From Flaccisagitta enflata (lineage: Eukaryota): 64,000 nt of DNA. Below, piece after piece: positions 13,568 to 23,742 of the stretch. The translations under genes and the position numbers were made by a program. The DNA lies in the NCBI GenBank assembly GCA_965153355.1, contig OZ231126.1:744001-808000 (forward strand). Reading direction: 5' to 3'. How positions within the stretch are numbered: position 1 is the first letter of the stretch; the number at the start of each line of letters is the position of its first letter. Under the pieces are notes generated by a model that saw nothing but the letters and a program-made list of their open reading frames with translations, was not told where the DNA came from and made no database searches.

Positions 13568-13759
13568 TTAGTCGCATGCATGCAACTCTACAACTCGCTT
13601 TGTCCATCCATCCGTCAGTCGGTTGGTCGGTCACGCTTGACCTTTTTTATGATTTTCTTTCTTCAACCTCACTGCTCCTGCCCAAATGGTCTAGTGACCT
13701 CAAATAAAGCCCCTGCCCACCCGCACGCGACTTCGCTAGCCGTGTATCCGGCCTTGTTT
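13568..13759 (+). mobile_element. Non-autonomous Helentron/DINE-1-like element, family A (representative copy)
   Basis: Layout: T-run, AGTCGCRTGCAYGCRACT hairpin, (GTCC/GTCG)n core, 3' GCACGCGACT inverted copy, GCCGTGTATCCGGC stem-loop, then TTGTTT. Other copies near 1070-1577, 5443-5720, 6255-6420, 9187, 11853-12120, 19638-19823, 23240-23385, 23845-24060, 24872-25040, 31249-31443, 40109-40255, 44169-44320, 48155-48308 and 50716-50860. Confidence 0.75.
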
Positions 13760-14409
13760 CTCTACTTATCACTCCACAAACTGCCATGCAGAAGTTCCTA
13801 CTAAGCTAGTGTTTTTTTAAGTCTTAACAAAGGAGACTGCGTCTTCCAATGACTATAGCGTTACTCAGGATGAATTTAAATCAAATCTGAAAACAGATTT
13901 GAAATCAGCGTTGGCGAAACTTTAAGTTGTGTGACGAACAGCAGCGAACAGGCCTCTTTGCAAGCGTGAAAGCATTTTTTATTGCATATACCTTTACTTA
14001 ATGAAAATTGAGATTTTTTCCATCGAAAAAAAGAGACATACTTACTCTTATAACTGTTCCAACGTGATACCAGTTGCGAAAAAGTATCAAATATTCATTT
14101 TTCTTAATATTATTATACTCATTTGGCTTGTTAAAAAAATCAGTCAACTTTTTTCCTCCTTGGTTCATCCAACAAACTGAAGTTCATATGTTCCTACATT
14201 ATCAATGTCTACAGTTGACTCATCATTCTCAAGTTTCCGAATTCAGACTATTCTCTTTCTCTGGGTCCGCGCAATTTCTTCTTCTTAGTCGTTATCCTCT
14301 TCCATCTTACATTTCCGACATCTCCCTCTCTCTCGGTCCGCGCAACTTCCTCTTCGTCGTCGTCGTCGTCGTCGTCGTCGACGTCATCATAAACTCTCTC
14401 AGTCCGGCG

Positions 14410-15685
14410 AGACTATGCAATTACAGGTAATCATAGGTCATTATAGGTAATCATAGGTCATTATAGGTTATTATGCAATTATAGGTCATTGTGGGTAATT
14501 ATAGAAAATTATAGGTAATTACAGGTAATAATAGGTCATTATAGGTCATTATAGGTAATTATAGGTAATTATAGGTTATTACAAATTATAGGTTATTATG
14601 CAATTATAGGCCATTATAGGTAATTATAGGTCATTATAGGTAATTATAGGTTATTATGCAATTATAGGTCATTGTTGGTCAGTATGTTATCATGATGGGT
14701 ATTAAATAATTATAGGTAAATATAGGTAATTATAGGTCATTATAGGTAATCATAGGTGATAGTAGGTCATCATAGGTAATTTTAGGTCATTATGCAATTA
14801 TAGGTCATTATTGTGGTCTGTATTGGCAATTATAGGTCATTATGTAATTATAGATAATTATAGGTAATTATAGGTAATTATAAGTAATTATAGGTAATTA
14901 TAGGTCAATTTGTAATTATAGGTTATTATAGGTCATTATAGGTCGTTATAGGTAATTATTAGTAATTAAAGGTCTTTATGCAATTATGGGTAATTATAGG
15001 TAATCAAAGGTCATTAAAGGCAATTAAAGGTCATTATGTAATTATAAGTAATAATAGGTAATCATAGGTCATTATAGGAGTACCTATATGTCAATGAACA
15101 ATTTTAGGTAATTATAGGTCATTATTCAGTTATAGGTAATTATAGCTACAATCATAGGTGATTATAGGTAGTTATAGGTCATTATGCAATTGTAGGTAAT
15201 TGTATTTAGGTAAACATAGGTCATTATAGGTTATTATGTTTATTAAAGGTAGTTATGGGTAATCATAGGTCATAATAGGTAATTATTGGTCCATATGTAA
15301 TTATAGGTAATCATAGGTCTTTATAAGATACTTATAGGTCATTATTTGATTGTGGGTAATAAAAGGTAATTATAGGTAATCATAGGTCATTAGAGGTAGT
15401 TATAGGTCATTATGTTATCATAGGTAATGATGGGTAATTATAGAAAATCATACGTCATTATAGGTAATCATTGGTCCATATGTAATTATAGGTAATCATA
15501 GGTCTTCATAGGTACTTATAGGTTTATTATTTAATTATGGGTGATTATAGGTAATTAAGATATGAGCAATTATAGGTCAATAGGTAATTATTATCATTAT
15601 CATCATTACAGGAAATAACGTTCTATAATTGGGCGGTGTATAATTAAGTAAGTCTAGCACGCGACTTATAGGTGTTGGCATTGTT
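14410..15685 (+). repeat. Degenerate 10-bp satellite (TAATTATAGG)n ending in a family A 3' terminus
   Basis: About 1.2 kb of TAATTATAGG/TCATTATAGG units followed by GCACGCGACTTATAGGTGTTGGCATTGTT. Related units recur at 15840-15920 and 16560-16680. Confidence 0.9.
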
Positions 15686-15992
15686 TATCTGACTCGCGAC
15701 TCTAGAACTCGCCATGTCGGTCGGTCGATCACTCGGTCAGTCGGGCGGTCGGTCAGTCGGTCGGTCGGTCGGTCGGAACGTAACTTTTCTGATATTAAAC
15801 TTTATAGTCGTTTTAAAGGTTATTGAAGGTTATTAAAGGTAATTATAGGTAATTTTTGGTAATTATAGGTAATTTTAGGTGATTTTAGGTAATTTTAGGT
15901 AATTTTAGGTAAATATAGGTATTTATGTAATCTGTATCATATAAGTCAGAAAAGTTGTCTGGGACTATAAATTGAGGTAATTATAGGAAATA

Positions 15993-16558
15993 CTATATGA
16001 ATTTAAAAAAAAGACGCACTTTTGAATGGCTAATTGCGCATAGATAATTTAAAAGAAACGCACGGATAGTGGTATGTGATAAAAGCAAAGTGTGGATCTA
16101 CAATGTCAAAATCGGCGGACGATTGAGCAGAGCAGTGGCGCGAAAATCGCTTGAAATCAAAATGTGACGGACGGACCGACGGACGGTACTGTGGTTCACC
16201 GACCGACAGCAGGTGTAGGTAAAAATGTCGCGACTAAACTAATTAAATCTTGAACCATTTTGAAGCTCTTGAAAAACCTGTTTGGCGTAATCGATGTCTA
16301 TCTTTTTTCGTTTGGAAATGGCGCCAGTTTGATTAAAAATGTTGCCAAATTTGTTTTGCAGTTTCCTTTGAAAAGATGCAATTCAGCAAAATGGTGTCTC
16401 ACTTTAGGAAGTCAGCTCTAAACAAATGGAAGAATTAGTGGATTGGTCTGGAGTGAAAGTTGGTTGATCTTAAATCACTTCCTCTAAAATTTTGTACTTT
16501 TGAGTCAAGGTTTATCCCAGCAAATGAAAAGGTGCGTCTTTTTTTTTTAATTCGTGTA
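15993..16558. mobile_element. MITE nested in a satellite-bearing element
   Basis: TACTATATGAATTTAAAAAAAAGACGCAC...GTGCGTCTTTTTTTTTAATTCGTGTAGTA inverted ends. Confidence 0.65.
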
Positions 16559-17248
16559 GTATAGGAAATAATGGGTAATTATAGGTGATTATAGATAATT
16601 TTTGGTAATTTAATGTAATTGTACGTAATTATAGGTATTTACAGGTAGCTGTATGTAAATGTGGGTAATTATAGGAAGATATACTTAGTTATCTTAGTTA
16701 TCTTAGTTATCTTCATTATCTTTATTACCTTAGTTACCTTAATTACCTTAATTACCTTTATTACCTTTATTACCACGCGACTGAGGTTTGTTGACCTTGT
16801 TCCTAAGATAAGCAGTAAGGGAATGCTGATCGTTATACCCCATCGTTGAGGTTGTTGTTGCCACTTTGAGAAATGGTAATTTTCTTAACTTTTGTACCAG
16901 TGGATGGATGAATGGACAAAGCTCATTCAATGGCATGTCCGCCACTAAAAAACTAGATTACTGACAGAGGATCTAAGTGGAGAGGGTTGGTGTAGGTTGT
17001 GAGTGATGATACAGATAACAATGACGCATTAATGAAAAGAAAGGCGTTTTGTCTCAAAAGAAACAGCAACAGGGAAAAGATAGGGAGTGACCTTCATCGT
17101 AAAAATCGGGTCCTTAATTTGTTTGAACTATGTAAATTGGCTTAAAATCTCTTCCAACATGATTGACCTTCATTGTAAAAGTTGGGTCCTCAATTTTTTG
17201 GAAGTATGCAAATTGGCTAAGAATGTCTGCCCAGATCACATGACTGAC

Positions 17249-17399
17249 CTTCATGGTAAAAGTTGGGTCCTTTATTTGTTGGAAGTATGCAAATTGGCTC
17301 AGAATGTCTTCCCACAGGACGGCTGCGATGGCGTTGATTCCAGACGAAATCGAGGATAAACTTGAGGAAAAAACTGCCGCTACAAACAAACCGGTTAAC
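17249..17399 (-). CDS. SLC5 symporter, internal exon C
   Basis: TGCAG acceptor, phase 2, then LTGLFVAAVFSSSLSSISSGINAIAAVLWEDILSQFAYFQQIKDPTFTMK (GLFVA...S..LS..SS..N..A.V..ED motif). Donor GTCAGT. Confidence 0.88.
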
Positions 17400-19971
17400 C
17401 TGCAGAGGGAAACAAAATGCAATTTCACGTACTGTATTTTCTAATTAGCGTCCCTCCTCTTATAAGTGCCCTCCTGTAATTTGCGCCCCTCCTCTTTTGA
17501 AAAAAAAAAGAATTCAATGAAAAGGTATTCATATATGCTATTTTTTATGTTCAGTATTATCAAATACAAAATGGAAACGTCATTTGATACGACGGCGTAC
17601 TTCGGAAGGCAACATTTGTGTTTCAACGGGGGCTAAAATCAAAAATTAAAAATGAATAAAACTGAATGATTATACCAAAATAATCATTGAAATATGTCAT
17701 AATTATTATTTTTTTACAAAATTTGCATTAAATCATGAAATAGAACCAAATATTGGTAAAGTCGATAAAGAAGATATATTGCAAATTACAGAAAATTTCA
17801 TTTTTGGTCACTGACAGGGGGCCCGTTTAAATTCTAAGATTACATAAATAAAATAAAAAACATAGTTCTCTTCCAAAAACAATTACGGAGAGAACTATGA
17901 TTTTGAAAATGCAAAATTTCCCTGCATTTGAAAGTCTTAGAATTTAAACGGCAAGAAAAGATAAAAAAATGTAAGCAAGATTTCATTAAAACCTTGATTT
18001 TCTTGTCTTTTTTGATGTGAATTGCATAGTTTAGATAACTTTTGAGGCCAGAAATGATAAATATGTGTACATCAAGTGTCTTTAGAGACAATTTGTCTAT
18101 TAAAAGCATTCCTACACCATTATTGTGCTGATAATGATGCAAAAAGTATAGTGAAACGCTTAATTTTCCTTCGAAAATTTGCCGTCATACAATTGTACGA
18201 TCTCATGATCTTTTGTTTTCAGACTTTTTTAAAGCAGTTTGGGCGGCGACCCGAAAGGGAGGCGAGTCATGGCCAGCCCCACGGGGGAATCTGTCCGTCC
18301 GTCCATCCGTCCGTACGTCTAGATCATACGTCCATCCGTCCGTCCGTCCGTCCGTTCACCCCCACACATCCTCTGACTTTGTCTCCTTTAGGGCCTATTC
18401 TGACCCATATTCTGCCAAATAGCCCAAATCCAAGCAATATGGCCCAAATCTAAGCAAAATGACCCAAATCCCTGACATAAAAATTAAATCGGCAAATTAA
18501 GCTAAATCTTATGAAAACTTTGTTATTGAGAGTGCATTATTTTGCCCTAAGACCTATGTTTGTGGCCTCGATACCTGAATTTTATTGAATTAGGGCCCTT
18601 TGCTTGGATTTTGCTCGTGTCTTAGTTTGAACAATTTGCTATTAATTTTGGCCATTGTGCTTGGATTTGGAGCTATTTGGCAGAATTTGGGTCAGAACAG
18701 ACCTCAAGGACAAAAGAAAGCATGACAGGCGGGTGGGCGGATGGGCGCAGACAACCAGCGGACAGACAGGCCGGACCAGGCTGAGCAGTGTGGAAGGCAG
18801 GCAGACCCAGGACGAGGGCCCAGGGCCAGGTGAGCGGACAGATTCCCCTTGTGTGTTCTACAGGCGCTGTCTGCGCAGGGAGCGCTGCCCTGCTCCACCT
18901 CCTTCCGTCACTGACTCAAGCAGACACCGGGCACGGCACCCACTTACTGCCTTTGGGCTGCTATTTAAGTGGGGCTGAAGTTGGTTTTAGGATTAGGGTT
19001 AGGGTTGGAGATAGGTTTAGGGTAAGGGTTAGGGACTAGGTTAGCTTTAGGGCTCAGGGTTGGCTGAGTTTGATGTATTACGGCCCAAAGCTATTTGAAT
19101 TAAATTCGTTTTGGCGGAGGATTCAGAAATAAAAACAAACTCGTGCAGGAAATCATTCACTTTGTCCCGTCATTTTACTTATTTTTTTAACCTGGAATAA
19201 GGATTTTTTCAATGTGAGTTGTATGCTCCGCCTGCCTTGTTCCAGTATCCTCAACTTAGTGTGGATTTTCAATATCATATTCTTTTCCTCATAAATTTGA
19301 GGGGGCGTTAATTTGAGAAAATATGTTGAGCGTGTGGCCTGTCTGTTTGTTTGCCCTTTAATTGACTGTAGGTCTGTCTTTACCTCTCTTTCTGTCTGTT
19401 TTTCTCTCTCTGCCGGAGATAACGACTTTGGCATAAAGTATGTAAAGCAGGTAAAGTATGCAGTGGTTATAGAGCAACCGGTATGTTCAATATAATGTTG
19501 GTGACAGACTACATATACATTTTTAAGTATAACAAATTACAACGTTTTGCTTTTCTTTCATTTTATGCAATTCCTTGTTTTATTCTCTATACTATATCTG
19601 TCATTTGGTGCTCTTGTTTCTCTCTGCCCTTCTGCCCTTTTTAGTCGCGTTCTACGCAACTCCGTCGGTCGGTCGGTTGGTTGGTTGGTCGGTTGGTTGG
19701 TCACACTTTACTTTTTATTGTTTTTTATTATTTGTGTAAAACTCCTGCCCAAATGTGTGTGTGAGCTCAGACCATGGCCCCTGCCCGCACGCGACTGGGG
19801 TAGCTGTGTATCCGGCCTTGTTTTCTCGATCTCTTACTCTCTCCCTGTCTCTTCTCTTTTTCTCTGTCTCTGTCTCTGTTTATCCGGTCTCTGTTTCTCT
19901 GGTCTGTCTTTCTCTCTCTCTGTCTGTCGATCTCGTCTGTCTGTCTCTCTGTCTGTCTGTCTGTCTGTCTG

Positions 19972-20106
<135 letters not shown>

Positions 20107-20131
20107 GTCTCTCTCTGTCTCTGTCTCTCTG

Positions 20132-20165
<34 letters not shown>

Positions 20166-20182
20166 TCTGTCTCTCTCTCTCT

Positions 20183-20268
<86 letters not shown>

Positions 20269-20343
20269 CAAATCATGTCCATGTGCACAATTTTGTACAA
20301 AAAGTGTTATCGCTTTATTAGACATTACAAATCAAATAAATAT

Positions 20344-20405
<62 letters not shown>

Positions 20406-20408
20406 TTC

Positions 20409-20578
20409 CCAGGTAACCCAGAGAATGTTTCGGCTACCAAATAGGGTAAATATTGGTTTGGGTTAGAGATGGCGTTTGTGCGTAGAGGATCGCAGAGGAC
20501 GTAAGTTGCCGTCAATATCAGTCCACATAACATGGCCACTGTCATGATGGCGCAGTACAGTGGAGCCGCGATGGCCAC
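20409..20578 (-). CDS. SLC5 symporter, internal exon B
   Basis: CAG acceptor, then VAIAAPLYCAIMTVAMLCGLILTATYVLCDPLRTNAISNPNQYLPYLVAETFSGLPG (CGL...Y..CDP...Q.LPYLV motif). The phase-2 donor is either GA at 20408 or GT at 20417. Confidence 0.88.
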
Positions 20579-21816
20579 CTGATGGTTATATTTAATTAAT
20601 TAAACATCTCTTGACAGGATATGGAAACAAAATGATTTCCGCGGTTATATCCTGCAATAACGGACCTCAAGAGGCTGACAAGTCTTACCTATTTTTTACC
20701 TATTCTTACCTAACTTTTTTATTACTAAATAAGAATATCATAAATGATAAATGATAAAACACATATCTTTTTTTTTTTTATACAAAAACGCCAGATACTG
20801 TTGAGCTTCGCTAAAGCCGGTTCCAAGGGACTGGGCAAAATCATGCCCTATACTGCAGCTGCTTTATGGCCGATATCAAAATATTTGAAAAATGTCAGGG
20901 GACAGAATGTGCATGCCTCATAATTGTGCATGCCTTGATAGCGGATGCGCTCTTGCGGTGCTCCACTGTAATCCAATTTCTTCTGCAAAATATTCGTTCA
21001 AGGACATTGACATTTTTCTCAAATATATTCAAAAGAATTAAGAGTACCGGAAACCAAAGATTTATACTCGCTTTAAACAGATATCCACACGGGCTGATGG
21101 GGTAAAATGGGTCACCTAGGGTAAAATGTGCTGTTGTGCCTGGACATTTCCCCTTTATTTCTCTCTCTGATATCTGAGTTGGGGGCATACCTCCTTCCCT
21201 TGCCTTTAGTTGCTCTTGCCCTGCTTTCTTCCTTCTCACTGGCTGTTGCCTTGAGACTTCCTCTTCTGTTGCTTCATCTTCCCCACTTCTGCCTACTTAA
21301 GGAAGCTCTGTCTTCTCTCTGGCAGAAGCCAGCCCACTCTCTTTAGGCTTCTCACCTTCAAGAGGCCCTCTAGGGCCCTACCCTTTTACCCTTGCTTCTC
21401 CCTCTCTCAGTCCTCTACTCAGTCCTCTACTCTCTCCTTTGCTCTGCTCTTGATTCCTATCTCTCTCCCCCCCCCTTAGGTTATGTTACCATATTGAGTG
21501 ACATGCGTGCTACGGCCCCTGTGGGGACTGTGGCATATTCATTCGGGCTTTAGGGTCTTGATTAGGACTGTATCTTTTGCCCAGTTTGGTTCTTCCTTAG
21601 TACACTTTCCCCGCGGGCTCTTAGGGATCTTCTCTTCCCTCTGAGTTTATGACAGGCACCCTCTTCTTTAAGCATTCCACCCCTGGACCCTGACGATGGC
21701 ATCCTCTCGCCTACCCTGGCACAGCATGTGCTAGCCACCAAATTCTCCCGCAGGATAGATGTAAGCTAAATTTCTGTATCACGATCGGTCAAATTGATCA
21801 ATACAATGTTTCTTAC

Positions 21817-21975
21817 TGTTGAAATGGCTCTCTTCGGTGTATTCACACAGAGAATTCTCTGAGTGATGCTTTGAGTTGAAGACATCAGCATCATCCACAT
21901 GAAAGAGACTCCAATCAGAGTAGACCAAATCGAATGTCGAATTGTCGGATCCGGAACCCAAAATGAAGCAGGAAC
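21817..21975 (-). CDS. SLC5 sodium:solute symporter (SLC5A5/6/8/12-like), internal exon A
   Basis: VPASFWVPDPTIRHSIWSTLIGVSFMWMMLMSSTQSITQRILCVNTPKRAIST resembles the PDPxxRHxxW...QxxxQR motif of SMCT/SMVT/NIS. Donor GTAAGA, phase 0. The acceptor position is slightly uncertain because of a local duplication. Confidence 0.85.
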
Positions 21976-22425
21976 CTGGGATGAAGCAGGAACCCAAATT
22001 ACCCAATAGTGATTCAAGAACCTAGAATTTGTTATCAACGTTTGAAAAATACTGTTGAACATTGCAATACCAGCAGTCAAGGGACAGAACAATTTTTTCT
22101 GTTATAAGCATATATACATCTACTATTGCTACATTTTAAACAATAATTCAATCATTCAAGTCAAACAAAAACCACGTTTTAAAATAGGCCACTTGCTCGA
22201 TCGCTCTGTTTGTTTGCTCGCTTACACCACACACTTATTTCACAGCGCAGTGCTTCATTAAGCTTGCTTCACTCACTTGCTCTGTATATGGCCTCGCTCA
22301 CTCACTTTGCTCACTCCCTAATGAGTCAGTTGAAATTCAATTAGATGTGTTCACGCTGTTAGCGCTCTAATCGGGGATGATCGTAATTGTTATCATCACT
22401 GGCAACACTTCCTCTCCATCATCAG

Positions 22426-22589
22426 GCAAAACTGCCGTGGTGATTGGCCGGTCCAAAAACGTGGGTTTGCCCATGGCGATGCTGCTGCATTCTGACGCCA
22501 TTTTCCGGGAATGTCCCGGCCTCGACGCCACAGTCACCATTTGCCACCGTTACACGCCACCACACATTCTCAAGCAGATGACGTTGCAG
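22426..22589 (+). CDS. MTHFD2: Bifunctional methylenetetrahydrofolate dehydrogenase/cyclohydrolase (MTHFD2/FolD-like), penultimate exon
   Basis: CAG acceptor, then GKTAVVIGRSKNVGLPMAMLLHSDAIFRECPGLDATVTICHRYTPPHILKQMTLQ. GRSKNVG.P.AMLLH.D...DATVT..HRYTP is characteristic of mitochondrial MTHFD2/2L. Donor CAG|GTATCA. Confidence 0.9.
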
Positions 22590-22834
22590 GTATCAGTTGC
22601 ACTGGTTACACGCCACCACACATTCTCAAGCAGATGACATTGCAGGTATCAGTTGCACTAGTTACACGCCACCAAACATTCTCAAGCAGATGACATTGCA
22701 GGTAGCAGTTGCACTAGTTACACACCACCACACATTCTTAAGCAGATGACATTACAGGTAGCAGTTGCACTAGTTACACGCCACCACACATTCTCAAGCA
22801 GATGACATTGCAGGTATCAGGTATCACTAGTTAC
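22549..22834 (+). repeat. 56-bp tandem repeat x5 spanning the MTHFD2 exon/intron junction
   Basis: Unit GTTACACGCCACCACACATTCTCAAGCAGATGACATTGCAG|GTATCAGTTGCACTA at 22549, 22605, 22661, 22717 and 22773. Confidence 0.95.
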
Positions 22835-23397
22835 CTTAACTAGTCAGTTAACTAGTTGAAATTCTAGAAACCATTCATTAACTAACCATAATTACCACGT
22901 TAAAACAATTAAGATCATTCCCTCAAAAAGATATCATGAAAATTAGGCATTTCCTCCCTAAGATGACAGAAGTTTCAGCCATTTTTTTGACAATCATGGA
23001 AATTTCAGGTCAATTTTTCATGTCAATTTTTCATGTAAGACCGCAAAGTGGTTATCAAGAGGAGACTAATGGTGGAAATCGTATTTTTTTAGAATCGAGT
23101 TCTTAGAAATCAGTCAGTATACTGACAACACAATTTCACAGCCAATTGTTTATCGATTTTAGTAGTTTTGTAGTTAGTTCATTATTAACTAATCAATTAA
23201 CGAGGCCGGGGTGTAGAGTCGCGTGCACGCGACTAAAATAAGGCTGGATACACGGCAGGGCAGTCGCAAATGGATGGGCAGGAGCGGAAATTCAAAAAAC
23301 ACCAGCTATTCAGAAATATGACGGACGGACGGACAGACGGACCGACATGGCAAGGTGTAGAGTCGCGTGTCCGCGACTAAAAAACTCATAATTGAAG

Positions 23398-23742
23398 GCG
23401 GATATCGTCGTGGCTGCCGTTGGACAAAAGGGACTCATCACCGCCGATATGGTCAAAGAAGGAGCGGCCATTTTCGACGTTGGCATCAACGTGGATTTCT
23501 CGGAAGATGGGAAAAAGAAGAAGTTGAGTGGCGACGTCGATTTCAAGACTGTGTCACTAAAAGCCGGATTCATCACCCCAGTGCCAGGTGGCATCGGCCC
23601 AATGACTGTGGCGATGTTGCTGAAAAACACGGTCAAGGTTTACAAGAATGAAGTTGACGTCTCTCATTTATCGGTTACACCCTGCTATAACAGTCCCGCG
23701 TCTAACTCAAATCCGCATTTAACAGATATCTCTCATTCATAA
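23398..23742 (+). CDS. MTHFD2: MTHFD2/FolD-like, last recognisable exon
   Basis: AAG acceptor, phase 0, then [31 protein letters not shown]...GDVDF...[23 protein letters not shown], which contains the FolD/THF-DHG-CYH signature [12 protein letters not shown]. Confidence 0.92.
   Translation, partial: ADIVVAAVGQKGLITADMVKEGAAIFDVGINVDFSEDGKKKKLSGDVDFKTVSLKAGFITPVPGGIGPMTVAMLLKNTVKVYKNEVDVSHLSVTPCYNSPASNSNPHLTDISHS

Noticed and set aside
22549-22834. CRISPR-like regular repeat
   Set aside because: Units are contiguous with no spacers, derive from the exon end, and the context is eukaryotic.
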